A DNA stretch of 63,748 nucleotides, the filler included, from Kipferlia bialata (Eukaryota), in the NCBI GenBank assembly GCA_003568945.1. It is 4 parts of 4 records of this genome, joined end to end, with 100 filler letters (N's around TTAATTAATTAA, not from the genome) between each part and the next. Parts side by side here need not be neighbours in the genome. Positions count along the whole stretch, not along the records: positions 1 to 20,061 come from BDIP01000398.1; 3 more parts are not named here. One strand, given 5' to 3'. Below the pieces are notes generated by a model. That model worked only from the letters and a program-made list of their open reading frames with translations. It was not told where the DNA came from and ran no database searches. Shown piece by piece: positions 1-14,945 of this stretch. The position numbers were made by a program, and so were the translations under genes. The first letter of the stretch is position 1. Every line of letters begins with the position of its first letter.

Positions 1-125
1 TGTCCCCCCAGGAATATTCATCCCCCCCCCCCCCCCCCTCTCTCTCTCTGTATGCATTTACTTCCAGGTGTGAGTGCTGTCTTTCTTTCTCTCTCTCTCT
101 CTCTTTCTATACTCTAACCCCCAGG

Positions 126-2730
126 TGTGAGTGCTGTCTCTGTCTCTGCGTCCCTTGGGTACAGGGACAACAGGCACATGGGCCACAGACCCACCCCACC
201 CAAGACACCCCATCCAACACCAGTGTGCAGTGTGAGTAGGTACACACCTCATATATATATATAGGAATATTCATCTATGTCTATATGGAACTGATACTGA
301 TACTGGTACAACTCCACCCAAGACACTACACCCAACACCAGTGTGCGGTATGAGTAGGTTCATATCATACTGTGTATTACTTGTGGACACAGAGAGAGAT
401 AGGAAGAGATCAGTTGTCTAACCCCAGGCTAGACCCCTCCTTCGACACCTCCAGCACCAGGGACGTGGATGCTACAAGACCAGTCAACAGGCATGTATTA
501 ATATACAGCTACATACTATTTCACTGTAATGCAGTGTCCGCACTATTCCGCACTATAGTCCGCACTATAGTGATATATAGTGTCTATGTATATATGTGTG
601 TGTTTGTTATTAACGACAGGCTGCCTGTCCTGAGGCCAGAGGGCAGGAGGGAGATGGAGAGGGAGAGGGAGAGAGAGCGACAGAGGGAGAGAGAGAGAGA
701 GAGGTCCAGTGGGGTTCTCTCCACTGTAGATGAGGGTGTGGAGGTACACTCTGCCAGGGAGGCAGAAGTGATTGAGTACGAGGTAAGCCCACTACCCTTT
801 TTTCTCGTACATTCATATAGTAGTCACTGGTGAGGGAGAGGCAGAGGTGATTGAGTACGAGGTATGGCAATGTGTATAAGCTTGACCCCTCTTCACTGTC
901 ACGAGAATACTAACTTACCACCCAGCCCCCCATACCCACTCTCCTTCTCCCCCTCTTCGCCATAATTACTATGACCCTCTTTCTCTCACCCACCAGCCCC
1001 CCACCCCCATCCCCGCCTCCTTAGTCCCTGCTGTCTCTCTCTCTCTCTCTCTCCCATAGTATTTTGTATCCTAATAGGATAATCCTATTATACATATGTA
1101 TCTCTATACCCCCTTAGCCTTCAGCCCCCCACCCCCATCCCCGCCTCCCTAGTACCCGCTGTCCTCCCAGCTGCCCTGGCCTGTCTGCACTATGATGACT
1201 GCTGCCTCATAGGGGACAATGATCCCCATCCGCAGGTAACCACAGTACTGTGTCTCTCTCACGCTCTCTCTTTCAAGCTCATTTCTAGCCGATCTATCTT
1301 ACTCTCTCACTCTCTCTCTGCGGACCCTTCTTACTCTAGATTGCCAGTCAGACCGGAGCCGACCTCCCAGTCTCCTTGGCAGGTAGGGTCTATATAGTCT
1401 AATACACAAATATGATATGTATTATACAGTACATGGTCTACACTTCACATATCTATTGTTACTATGTGTTGCCCTCTCATTTCCCTGTCCCCGTTATCTC
1501 CGTCTTACACTTCAGGCGAGGACCTTGCTGCCCTTGTGGTGCTGCTGGCCAGGTAATACATTGTCCAATGTATTAACACTATATATAGTCCATTACTCTT
1601 CTATCCATAGTCGATAGAGTATCTGTACAGTTTTTCTGTACAGTATTTTATTACCTCTCACCCCAGGGACAGGCACCGCCGACAGCAGGAGAAGGAGGCA
1701 GGGTATGCCTCTCCCGCTGTTCACAAGGGACAGGGAGGCAGTGAGGGGGGACAGCCCAGCGCACATGAGGAAGATGCAGTGCTGGGTGCGGTATCAGTAT
1801 ATATTCTATGTATATATATATATGTATACTACTGATACTGGGGCACATGAGGATGACGCGGTACTGGGTGCGGACTGTTCTCTCTCTCTCTCTCTGTGTG
1901 TGTCTGTGTGTGTATCTAATCCTCTCCATCCTAACCCCTCAGTCGTCCTGCACTTTCTGACCACCGTCATCCCATCCATGTCGCTCTCTCTCTCTCTCTC
2001 TCTCTCTCTCCAAGCCTTTCTAATTAACAGTTGTACTGCACTTCCTGACCACCGTCATCCCATCCATGTCCAGTGCTGCCCTGACATCTGCCCTGAATGT
2101 GTCAGTGTCAGTGCCTAGGTACTTAGCTCCCTATATGGTAGTGTATACATAGAAGTCCCCAGGACTATTCCTAATATAGTACTGGTCAGAGATGGTGGTT
2201 GTCAGTGCATGAGTACTATCTCATTCTCTCTCTCTCCCGGAACTATTCTAACAGTCAGGAAGCACTACTCTGCCACCAACACCCCCGACAGCGCTCTCTC
2301 CTCCTCCTCCCTAGCCTTCTACCCCGTGGCATCCCATCAGTCCCAGTCGGTGTCCCAGTCCCAATACTCCCAACACTCCCAACACTCCCAACACTCCCAA
2401 TACTCCCAACACTCCCCCGGCAACAGACTGCACCTAGACCACACTGTGGTATCAGAGTCAGAGAGTAGTACCAGTGATGATGAGGGTATAGGGTGTGCAC
2501 CCTGGATCATCACTGAGGGCCAGATCCAGAGGGAGATGAGTGTGATGGAGAAGGACGAGACGTGCACACTGCTGGGTGAGCTATGCTTCTTTGCTAACTC
2601 ATCTCCAAGGGAGAGGGAGAGGGGGGAGAGAGACGGAGGGGAGAGAGAGAGAGAGAGGCAGTGGGAGGCCAAGGAGCGGTACAGACAGGACGAGATTACT
2701 AACGCAGTCGGTGAGTAGTAGTGTTCTCTC

Positions 2731-2765
<35 letters not shown>

Positions 2766-4983
2766 TACCCTAGCCCTCCTCCGTTCCCTCCACTCCTCCT
2801 GCCGTGCCATGACCAAAACCCATGCCAGGCACCGCTTTGCAGTCAGACTCCTGCCCGTCATGCTAGGTACGAGATAGTATTATACACGATACTGAATTCC
2901 TGCAATTCCTTCACTAGATTATATCCACATATATTCTACACGTTATTGAGTGACCCTGATGTCAGGTTCCCTCTGCACCCGCATTGCCAGTGATACCATC
3001 CCACCCTTGCACACTGCTGCTGTGGCATCTGACCTGGTGTCAGACAAGTTCTCGGAGTTCATAGTGGAGGTCATGAACACGTGGCGTAGGTATGTACACT
3101 ATGTATCTTATATATACATTTATATATCCCTGTATAGCCTCTTACCCTCAGGGATAGACTCCCCAGTGCCCACAGTGAGTTACTCCACTCCCACGGTATA
3201 TGCGCCCTGCTACAGTCAGCATCCTCCTCTCTCTCTGCCCTTCTTTGCTGCACACTGCTTGACGCACCTCCCAAGGGCACCATCCCCAACACTTCCGGTA
3301 CCTCACTTCAACGTATATGCAGGCTATGTGGTGTACTGGGCGCTGTCGAGAGCTTCAGACACGGCTATGTCTCCTATGCGCGGGAGGAGTGTAGCACGCA
3401 CTGCCATGGGTATGGAGAGAGGAAGAGTAAGGGAGGGGATAGGAGAGAGGTGTATGGCAGGCTGGTGGTCGCACTGGCGGAGCGCATCGCCCACTATACC
3501 GCCACTACCAGTGTTAGTGCCGCTAGTGGTGCTTCTGCGCCTCCCTCGCCTGTCTGGGAGGTGGGCTCTTCCTGCACACCATCTGGGGAGTGTAAGGAGG
3601 CAGACTCTGCCCTTGGTGATGCGCATCGTGCACTTCTGTGCTGCGTGGGTGCACTCCGGAGGACAGACACCTTCACAGTGGCTAAGGTGCGTATGGACAC
3701 TCTCTATAGACACTCTATACGTATATATATTCAGATAACACACTATTAACTCCCAACTGCTGCTGATACTTTGGTATCCGATTGCTGTCCCTGGACACTT
3801 GACCTCTATTCTTCCTTATATCTCTCTCTATCTCTGTGTGTGTGTCTCCCTTCTTATCTTAGGATCCTGGCCAGCTTGTGCAGACCTTAGTACTATGGTG
3901 TCTGAGGGCATTGGTATACACAGCAAGGGGGGTTACGTCCACTACTAGTGTGTCTAGTGGGACTAGCGGTACTAGTGGGAGTGGTGTTTCTCTCAACAGA
4001 CATTCCTCCAGACCCGCCCTGCATGGGTCAAGTTCCACTACCCTACCCGGCCTTAGCCCCACTGCTACCCCTACCACACCCCCTGCCACATGCACTGCCA
4101 TACCCGTGTCGGTGTCTACACCGGCATCGCCTAGGTATATATAGTATATATAGAGAATAAGAGTATAGATAGAAGGGTGGATATACTATACGTGTTTAAT
4201 GTATAGTCCCTGACCCCAGGGTGTGTCTCACTGCCGACCTATCCTATAGTAGTAGACGTCCTGATTGTTCCATTCACTCACTGATACTATATGTATAATT
4301 CTGTTGTTACCGCCACTAATATCAGGGTGTGTCTCACTTTAGAGCCAGTGGGTAGAGAGCCCACACAGACTACCCCTGAGCTGCTAGAGTTACAGGCCCT
4401 CTCTCTCTCTCCCCCTGTCCTGTCTCCATCTGGGGTAGGGCTGGGTGTGGATGGGGAGGGGTCTGAGATGAGTGTGTCCAGAGTGAGGTATGAGTATATA
4501 GTGTAGTATGTATACTCTATATGAATATCTAACCTCCAGATACTCTAGATCCCGTTTCACCTCCAAGGACTCTCTCTCCCCATCTCCATATACATACCAT
4601 TTACTCAGTAACTGTAGAGTTGCTTCTTACCTATTGCTTACCTCCAGATACTCTAGATCCCGCTCCACCTCCAAGGGGTCTGTCCTGCCATGCCACGAGA
4701 AGGAGGCAGAGGGGGGGTTGGCATTGATGCAGGTATATATGTATGTGTATGTACTATATTATGATATACTTCATTAGACAGATACTATTGATTCCATGAC
4801 AGTATATATGTGTATGTTGATATCTGAAATGAGAAGGAGGGGGGGTTGGCATTGATGGAGGTTTGTCTACTCGCTCTCCCCAATAGATTATATTAATTAT
4901 ACAATATGGCGAAATCACGAGACTACCACATTACTGTCGATCTCACACTCAGACCCTCCACATGCTCCTCCACCTCACCGTGG

Positions 4984-5017
<34 letters not shown>

Positions 5018-6719
5018 GTAATTCTCTCTTTCTTCATTCCGGTCCCCTTACTCTCAGNNNNNNNNNNNNNNNNNNNNNNNNNNNNNNNNNNNNNNNNNNN
5101 NNNNACTCTCAGACCCTCCACATGCTCCTCCACCTCACAGTCGATGTCTCTCTCTCTCTCTATGTAATTCTCTCTTTCATTCTTCCGGTACCCCCTTACA
5201 CTCAGACCCTCCACATGCTCCTCCACCTCACCGTGGATGTGTCTGGCTTCTTCTCATCGGGTACCGTGTCTGGGTTTGACTGTGTCAGTGGCAGGATAGC
5301 AAAGGCAGTGGCCGTGTTGGCAAAGGTACTCATTCTTATTATACCATATAGACATGGTCTAGTGTTCATGTAAGCCATACAATGTATCATGTAAATATCA
5401 ATAGTATGACTATCATCTATTGTATCTGACTTTCCAGACCCAGCCAACTGTACCCTTTGTGGCACCAGCCAGGGAGCGCCGCCAGTCACGTAGGTAACAC
5501 ACGTTTATATACAGTGAATATTATTTGGTACATCTCTATCACCTGCAACTAGATCTCCATGTGTTAAGTCTGGAGCCTGTCAGTTCATATTTTGGTATGT
5601 TTACATATCCTTACTCCAGGCACTCCTTGATGACATCCCCCAGAGTGAGAAAGGGAGAGGTAGACAGGGAGAGGGAGAGAGGTACTAGGAAGAGTGACGC
5701 CTCTCCAGCCAGCCCCCGAAATGCTCTCTCTCCCCGAGGTGATAGTGAGGGAGAGAGAGAGGGTGTCGTGAGAGGTCACACCCGCAGGCGGTCCTCCTGT
5801 CCATCGGGGTCTAGGGTATCACAGGGCAGTGGGCCACGATTCAAGGTAGGAGAAAGTATATATATTCTATGGTATTAATAGGAAGCCAGAGAGGCCAAGT
5901 TAGATAGGGGTTCAAGAGGTATCTATGACTATACAATATGTTGCTATTTCATCCATTAACTCCTAGGTCTCCAAGCGCCCCTTCTCCCTCGATACCATAA
6001 TCACATATATAGACTATACACCATATACTATTATATATAATGTTATATATACTGTATTCTCACCCTCAGGTCTCCAAGCGCCCCTTCTCCCTCGATACCA
6101 TGAGGTGTCAGTTCAGAGAGTTTGCATCCTGTGAGTCCAAGGTCGAGACAGCATTCCTCAAGGTATACACCAGTATACTGCACATACTCATAGTCTATGT
6201 CACTGGATCATGTATCTACCGCCTCCTACACTCTTCATTGGAGTGGGGTCAGGGCTATTCCTTTTCTCCTTCTCTCTCCCTCTGCACCCCCTGTCTTACT
6301 CTCTCTCTCTCTCTCTCCCCCTCTACACCCTTATACCCAGGAGTGGGGCCAGCGCATGCTGAGGTGTGTGGGTGTGTCCTTGGAGGCTGGGTGCGAGGAG
6401 GCTCTACTCAAGGTAGGGGGTACACTCCACTTCTCTCCCCCTGCCTGTGTGTCTTGTTTACACTGAGACACAGTAATATACCTCTCTGTGTCTGTCTGTC
6501 TCTCGATCTCATCATAGGCTCTAGAGATTAGCTATCAGCTCTCACCATCTTACCCCCTCCTTCTTCCTCTCTAAGCCCAGGCCCTTGACACTGGCAATAA
6601 TATCTCTCTCTCTATATATCTTTCTCTGGGCCTGTATATATCTTCCTTCTCTATCTCTCCTCTAACCCTAGGCCCTTGACCCTGGCAAGAAGAGCTGGTG
6701 GGGGAAGATGAACAACTAG
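126..6719 (+). CDS. Multi-exon hypothetical protein, 5' partial (possibly more than one gene)
   Basis: Chain of GT-AG bounded exons. The last three splice in frame to ...VSKRPFSLDTMRCQFREFASCESKVETAFLK|EWGQRMLRCVGVSLEAGCEEALLK|ALDPGKKSWWGKMNN*, with TAG at 6717-6719. No family recognised. Confidence 0.6.
5058..5104. other. Internal assembly gap inside an echo array
   Basis: 47 N flanked by copies of CAGACCCTCCACATGCTCCTCCACCTCAC. Confidence 0.9.
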
Positions 6720-7720
6720 AGGCTCTGAATAGGAGAGAGAGAGAGAGAGAGAGAGAAAGGTGTGGTGACAGGCTACTGTGCACTGTTTGTGTGCCCATTG
6801 CTTGTCACCGTATGACTTGTGTAGAGTGTTTACACAGTTGTTTTGCCGTTTGCAGGTGTCTTTTTGACACTTGACAGTGTGTTTTGTGTTGGTGATTGAT
6901 CTTGATTGGTATGGTTTGGATGTCTTAGTGTGATGTGTCTGTTCACAACTTGAACGAATAGACTTTGATGATTGATTCCAAAGATTGATCGATTGATGAT
7001 ATTCATACTTGATTGATGTTCCGTTGATGGTGGCTGGAACTGTCGAGTGAAGATTTCACTCCACAGTTCCAATCGGGATCCTGGCTCAATTGATCTAAAG
7101 GTGCAGCCCTCATCCACCCTGAGAAGACCATCGCACAGGATGAACACGGCCACTGAATGTCTCTCCCTTCCTTTCACACACGGCATAGCTAAGCTTAGTC
7201 ATCTATGAGCATATACCATGGCAACAGTACAAAAGGGACATCAGGAAGAGACCCCCACCAAGCAGTGTACTACCCCTGCCTCACTGGGACAGGGGCTCAC
7301 TGCGAAAGTATCCAGAGTACAGTGTACACAGCACTGCCACTAGGTATAGACGTGGAGGAAGCACTGTAGACTCACTGTAGAGACTTGTTTACATATGATA
7401 CAGCATATTCACTAATGTGCCCTACTAACACAGATGGCCTGTGTCCCTTGCACCCAGTGCTAGAAGAGACATGTCCAGACGGCCAAGGGTGGACAAGCTG
7501 TAGAGGATGGAATTGATATTCGATAGAGTCAGACGAAGTGATCATCATATGTAAATCTGGGTGTAGTCGGCGCAAGATACCAACGACGGTGTGTACGGTT
7601 ATTATTGTGACTCCATTAGAGAGTAGTGACAATGAGTCTTTATGAGCGCGTTAGGGTTAATACAATACAAAAAAGAACCCTGATGGATATGTGGGTCCAT
7701 CTTACAGTCTGTCTTGGTAT

Positions 7721-10700
7721 CTATGGAGCTATATCCTCTCCCTCTCTATCTCTGCGAAGACATCCTCGACTGGGGGAACAGGGGGGATAGCAGGGCTGGT
7801 GTGAGGAACTTGCCTGAGTATATACGAAATTCTATAGAATATATATAGTGTCAATACCTCACGTGTGGGTCCCCCAGCTCTGTCTCCAGGAACAGGGATA
7901 GTACATCATATAAGTACACAACATGGTATATATACATATATAGTAAACACAGTGTATATACTATCCTAACCTTGCATGTACATCCCCCAGCTCTGTCTCC
8001 AGGAACAGGGACAGTCCATCACATGTGTATACTATATACTATATACTATGTAGTACATACATATCCATACCTTACATGTACATCCCCCAGCTCTGTCTCC
8101 AGGAACAGAGATAGTCTCTCGAGGAAGACCCTGGGGGTGAGGGAGAGAGTGTGCGTGTGTGAGAAAGAGAGAGACGGAGACAGGATATGTACATGTATAC
8201 CACTCACTACTGTACATTACTCTATTTACCTGAAGTGCCTGGCCTCTATGTCGTTGCGGTGCATATACTACTACCTAGAAATATATACAAGCACCACTCT
8301 ACACACTGTATATTCTATACCGTCTATAACATCTACCTGAAGTGCCTGGCCTCTATGTCGTTGTGATGTGCCCCCTTGAGCCATAAGGGTGTGACTGCTA
8401 GGGTGGGGACACTCCGGTACACAGGGGTAGGTCTAGCCTGTCTGGCACAGCTACTGCTAGATGCACCCATGGACATGCATGAGGTGGGTGCACTGTCCTC
8501 TCTCTCTATGGTGGGTGAGGAGTCACGCTCCTGTAGCCACTCGTCTGACCGCTGCTTCAGCCTGGTGGTCAGGGAGATATACATGAGATATACACTATAC
8601 ACCATATACATATATACAATAACAGACAGAGCTTCAGGCTGTAGAGTGAGTATGTGAGTAATGGAGGCATTGTGTGTATTGCTGACTGTAGGAACTATAG
8701 GAACTATACCTGTCATAGAGTAGCTCTGCGTTTCTGAATGCAATGATCTCGTCCTCTGTGCCATGGATAAGTAGGGTGGGGCAGGAGACCTGAGAGAGTC
8801 TAGGGTGAGAAACATAAATATAAATCTGAATATATATACAGAGAGAGAGAGAGAGAGAGTGCCATGGATCAACAGGGTGGGGCAGGATACTTTGGATAGT
8901 CTAGAATGAGAGGCAGAGAGTAAGGTAGAGAGAGACTATATGGCTGGAGACCAGGGACAGGCAGGAATGTGAGAGGCAGAGGCAGAGAGAGACCACCTGA
9001 TGTCGTTTCTGAACTGATCAAAGGGCAGGGACTTGGTAAAGAAATATATATATATATACTGATACGTACAAATATATATATAGACATACATATACATCTA
9101 GACATACATATCTGGAATACCTGATGTCGTTTCTGAACTGGTCAAAGGGCAGGGACTTGGTAAAAATTAATATATATATACTGATACGAACAATTAAAGA
9201 CATAGATATACATATAGATATACATATCTGGAATACCTGATGTCGTTTCTGAACTGGTCGAAGGGCAGGGACTTGGCACCCAGGGGGGAGAGCTTGGCAG
9301 CCACTCTAGAGTTAGACACATACTCATGAACATGTATATACATATGGAGTATATATCTGGTATATAATTACTCAGAGCAGAGATACAATAGTATCATTGC
9401 CCTGCTAATACACAAGTAAAAATATAGGATCTATATCCCCATACCTGTATGCCGATGCCAGTGGTGACTGCATGCTACATATTTATGTATATATTTATGT
9501 GTGAATGCATATCATATATAGACATCTCTATTAATACTGGATCAATCATATCACACCTGTATGCCGATGCCAGAGGTGACTGCATGATGAGACCAGCTAT
9601 CTGGGGGGTGAGAGGAGTAATACATAGAGAGAGAGAGACAGAGAGAGACATAGAGAGAGATAGATGACTGTATGATGAGACCGGATATCTTGGGGGTGAG
9701 AGGAGGAGATGTATAGACATGTAGGGAGTATAGAGAGAGAGTATCTGGGGGGGTGAGAGGAGGAAAGGTATAGTAATGCTTACCATATGGTCATGGTTAA
9801 TAGAGAGAGAGATAGGGGTAGTAGTACCTCCGGATACTCATGTGCTATGAGTGATGCGGGTGCTGTCCCTATGGACCTGCCCATGCACACAACATCAGAA
9901 ACAGACACACCAAGGTCAGAGACTGGTATAAGGGTGGGATATTTATATATATATAGAGAGAGAGAGTATATATATATATAGAGAGAGAGAGAGGGAGAGA
10001 GAGAGAGACAGAGAGAGAGAGACGCTCCACATACACGTACCTATGTACTCCATGACCTTCCTCACATCCCTGTAGAGTGTGACCTCGTTGGCGTCCCCTG
10101 TGCTCTGGCCAAACCCTTCATAGTCAAACAACACAACCTGGCAATAAGGGGGTAGAGGGAGAGAGAGAGAGAGAGAGAGAAAGAAAGATAGAGGGACAAG
10201 CCCTTCATAAACACGACATGACAATAATGGGTAGAGAGAGAGAGAGAAGACACTGTGAGTGTAAATGGGGAGGGGGGGGTCTATACTATATACAATATAG
10301 TAATGCCCACCTGCACATTCAGCTCATCCCTGAGGTAGATGGCCAGGCTGGTGCAGTCTGATATATCCTCTGCATTGCCATGGCAGTACAAGAGGGTGTA
10401 TCTGGCCTGATATAAGATTATTATTACAGAGAGAGAGAGTGTGTGTGAGCGACAGTCTGATATATCCTCAGCGTTGCCATGGCAGTACAGGAGAGTGTAT
10501 CTGACCTAGAATTAGTATAGGGGGAGGGGTGGAGAGAGAGAGGGGGGAGAGAGAGAGAGAGAGACCTCTGCGTTGCCATGGCAGTACAAAAGGGTGTATC
10601 TGGCCTGCAGTTAGTATAATATTGTCATTGTATGAGAGAGAGCGACAGAGAGGTAATGCCCACCTGTGCATTTGGGATGACCTTAACAGCGACCTTAATC

Positions 10701-11136
10701 TCCTCGTCACCCGGCACAGGGTGTCTAAGGGTTAGAGAGGTACATACATCCAGGGAGAATGGGGGAGAGAGAGAGATTATGACATTCATCACCTGGGACA
10801 GGGTGTCTGAGGGTTAGTATTACATACGTATATATATATACAGAGAGAGAGAGGGTGGGGGGGCGATTATGACATTCATCGCCGGCACTGGCAGAAGGTC
10901 TAAGGTAAAGAGGTACATACATCTAGGAAGGGGGGCGGGGGGGGAGAGAGAGAAGACCACCTGGGACAGGGTGTCTGGACTGTTCAGCTGAATCAGGTAC
11001 TATCAGACATACCTTGCAGGTGCACCACTTCCACGTCACTCTCCACATCACTCTCAACACCTGGTACGCGACATCCAACGTATGATGCGTGAGACGGGGT
11101 TAGGGTGCATGCTACTGTCTGGTGTGGTAGGGTCAT
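7721..11136 (-). CDS. ABHD17-like alpha/beta hydrolase (depalmitoylase family), multi-exon
   Basis: Spliced product contains YTLLYCHGNAEDI, VVLFDYEGFGQSTG, nucleophile motif GRSIG, GLIMQSPLAS, CPTLLIHGT and WLKGAHHNDIE, all matching the ABHD17 family. Start codon is approximate. Confidence 0.85.
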
Positions 11137-12025
11137 ATATGTACTGCCACAAGACCTAGGTGTACCCGAGTGTCTTGGAGTTCTAGGTGGAGAAGACAGT
11201 AGTGAATAGAATGAACTGCCTGACAGTGTACAGTTGAGTCAATACTGAACGTTTCCAGTAATTGTTGTGACATACACTGTCAGTGACAACTTGTCATTGA
11301 CTTGTCATACTTACAGTTTCATTGCTCGTCAGGACACTCAGTGATCCATGAGACTTGTACTACAAGTCTTGTAGTAACAGTAATTGGCAAAGTATTTGCA
11401 AAATATAGACGTATACAACCAGTGTTTCTGTAAGATACTCTTTGTATCCATGTTCCCGACTGATGACAGTGGATGCTGAATGAGCACTGCCCATCATGTA
11501 CTTTGGTCACTTGAGACTCTCTTCTCTCCTATAACCAGTGATACACGCATTGGCAGGGTCTGTCACTGCGTAAGTATATCGTGTAAGTGATGTGTAGAGT
11601 TGATGACTGCCCAGTAAGAACAACATCCAATCGCAAGACATAACCATGACTCTATGACTTTAATAGGTCAGAGTCTGACCGTCTGACATTCGAAGACCTC
11701 AGGTCTTACTCCGGTATACTAACGGCAGTAGTAGCTGACAGTGTGTCCAATTGTTGAGCCCCTTCAACAAGTCCACTATAGAAAGAAATGGATGAGGACT
11801 GCATCAAACAGTCAACGAGAGGGGATAGCCCTAGAAGGAGACATGGATGTGTCATCATTGTGATACTGGTCGAGGTATGCCGATTTATGGAAGTCAAGGA
11901 CAATGAATCCCGACGCGACACTAATACTAGATATACAGGATAACACACACACACACACACACCCAAAGCAGGGTCAGCAAAAACTACTACACTTCCGATG
12001 TTGGCACAATGCCTGGCAGAAGGGT

Positions 12026-13991
12026 CTAGAGGGATATGCCCATGTCGAAGGGGTCCAGCATCCCTGAGGCCAGGGCTGGGGGTGAGGTACAGGGGTGGGA
12101 TATGTCATACATATGATACTCATGGAGGTGTAGATATAGCCCGAGTCTGGTATCGTACACCAGGTATCTGAAACATGACAGCACTCGCACACACAAATAC
12201 CCCCACACCACTCCCTACCTGGGCTCTCTGTGCCGTCCACCCCCACAAACCTGGGCCCCTCCAAGTGTCTGGCCTTGGACTGACTGGGGTGGGACAGGGG
12301 ATAGGCTGTGTAGAAGGATAGAGGGGAGACCATACCTGGACGGGGGGCTGAATGTGTGTGAGAGCACGACCCACAGGGATGTCTCAACTACATTGGCCAG
12401 AGACAGGATCAGGTACAGGGTGTTCTGGGACATCTGGACAGTCAGTATAGAGGGAGGGGGGGGGAGAGAGAGAGAGAGAGTATGGTATGGTATGTGACTA
12501 TACTAGGACTACCATACCCTGCCGTTGTTCACTAGCATCAGTAACCCACACATATAGACACACTGCCATTGATACCTTTCCGTTGTCCTCCAGGACAGCA
12601 GACACACTGAGGGACACAAACAGTGGGAAGGACAGGAAGATGACATTCTCAACACGCCTCCTGGGGTGGGGGTACATAGGAAGTATATTCACTTAAACAC
12701 TATGCCCCACTATTATCAGTGACTAACTATAGCAGTAAAAACAATACCACATCAACTCACCGTGTCTTGTAGAGTGTCTCGTTCCCAGCGTAGTGTCTCT
12801 TGGCCAGCTCTGCGTTGACTTGGACCCTTGCAGACACAAACACAGCCATGAGCACAGTGACGGCAACGGCACCTGGCAGTAAGGGTCTATGTACACAGTG
12901 CAATATGGATATATATACACAACAACTATATACTATCCTATATTACCAAAATAGGGCCAAGGCATGTTCAATCTGTACTCACCTAACCAGATACCCACAG
13001 TCCAGTAGTGCTGGGACAACTCGAAAAGCCTGGAGGGAGGGAGAGCGAGAGTGTGTGAGAGAAGTCCTGGATAGAGAAGTTGGGAGAGTACGGGTACTTA
13101 CAAATATCCAATACAATACAAATAGTAGTATAGTAGACTACTATTAGTAGTATAGTCGAATGAAACGTACCATCCCTCCTCCACGTCTGTCATGATGGCT
13201 GTAAGGGCCAGTATGCCACCAACTGAGGGTGAGGGGTGGAGGGATAGTGATATGTATATATCTCTTGGGCACACAGGCATATCTCTCTCTAGTCATTCCA
13301 TAATGGAGGTGCGTACCTAGCAGGGCTGTGACCCCCAGGCCTATCACTACGGCAGACGATATCTGATGTGAGGACAGAGACTATAGACAACAGAGCCACA
13401 AGTGTCGACAGAAATACAAATGTTTAACAATAGATACTGGCAGCCCCACATACCGTGGCATGACGCGCCAGCCTATCGAACACCCTCTGCCCGATGAGGC
13501 CCCTCCATATCTGGATGTAGAGCAGAGGCAGCAGCTGGTACACACACACAGTCGACATGGGGATGAAGGTGTTGGCGATGGTGGTGATGACACCGTGCAC
13601 GTGCTCCTTGTCGAAGCTGTCTGGGAACTTGTGGATGTCAAAGGCATCCAGGGTGGCAAAGACGTCTCTCAGGAAGGAGGGCACAAAGTTGCATCCCAAT
13701 AGGATGTACAGGGCAGTCACCAGGAAGGTGTAGGCCCTGGGGTTCCAGGATGTCTCACCCCTCCTCTTCTTGGCCTTCATCACTGGCGGTAAGAGCCTCT
13801 CTTAAAGAGACAGAGAGAGAGGGGGGGATGGTGTGGGGGGGGGAGGAGTGTACACATACACACAAGGAGACTGTCATACCCAGTAGATTGAAGATGTGCG
13901 CTAAGAGGCAGACCAGGGCAACCCCTGTTGCAATCAGCACATATGTACGAGACCCCTCGTCACTCTCATGGGTATCCTCTATCTGGACCAT
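12026..13991 (-). CDS. Multi-pass membrane protein with about 7 TM helices (7TM/GPCR-like topology)
   Basis: Spliced exons give about seven hydrophobic segments, from YVLIATGVALVCLLAHIFNLL to TLYLILSLANVVETSLWVVL. Paralogous to the gene at 20526-22127. Confidence 0.65.
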
Positions 13992-14256
13992 CGGTATAGA
14001 GAGAGTAGTTGGGACTCTCGCTTGATCACGGTCAGAATTTTTGAAACCATAGAATCTAAGGGTTCAACGTCTCAACGGCGAAAGAGCTAACTTCAGAATG
14101 AATCTTGCATCACCTCTTCTCAATTGAGAGTCTCAAGGACTCAGAGAGAGCACAGTATATTGTGGGTGTTGTGCTTGCAGTGACCAGTGTCAGCGAGCGC
14201 TTCCTTTTCAGGAACCGAGAGTGACAACTTCTTTGCGGGGAGTTGTCCTCAGCAAC

Positions 14257-14914
14257 ATGTGTCACTCAATGATATCCTTAACCCTATTGTGTTTGATGGT
14301 GCTGCTTGGGGTCCTAGGGAGTGTAAAGGCTGGCTCTGAGGTGCTGACCGAGAGGTATGTTGTCCGGCTGACAGTGTCTATTCTTGCAGTCACCAGTTCA
14401 TTTTGTATTCATCCATCTGCAACAGTGTATGGCACTTCACATGTACATACATCTATATATGTCACTAATGCCTAGGTCAGGGACGGTGGCAGTGGACAAT
14501 GCCGAGTACACCGATCTGATGCATGACAAGGTACCTATAGCATACGAATACATCTCTCTCTTCAGTCCCCCTCACCCAGTGGTTCATCGACCCCACCCCC
14601 TGGCTGGGCATGCCCTTCCTGACCATGGCCACGCTCAGTCTGGAATGGTATGTGGGTGTCTGAACAGTATCCAGTGTATTGGTGTGTCCAGTGGCTGAGG
14701 TCTAATTATAGTATTCGACACCTATCATTCTCCATGATCTCTCCTCACTCCCAGTGAAGGTGCTCTGGAGACGGACTCGGACTATCTGTATGTATACTCT
14801 GCTGTGTGTTCCGAAGAAGAGGCCTCCTATATTACAGGTGGGTGTGTTCTGTTGGTTGTGGTTATATCAGCAATATTACCCTTTCTCTATGGCACCATGA
14901 TATCTATGCGCAAT

Positions 14915-14945
<31 letters not shown>

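Noticed and set aside
11140..11970. Possible ncRNA or mobile element in a microsatellite-poor intergenic region
   Set aside because: No tRNA, snRNA, terminal-repeat or transposase signature was recognisable by eye.
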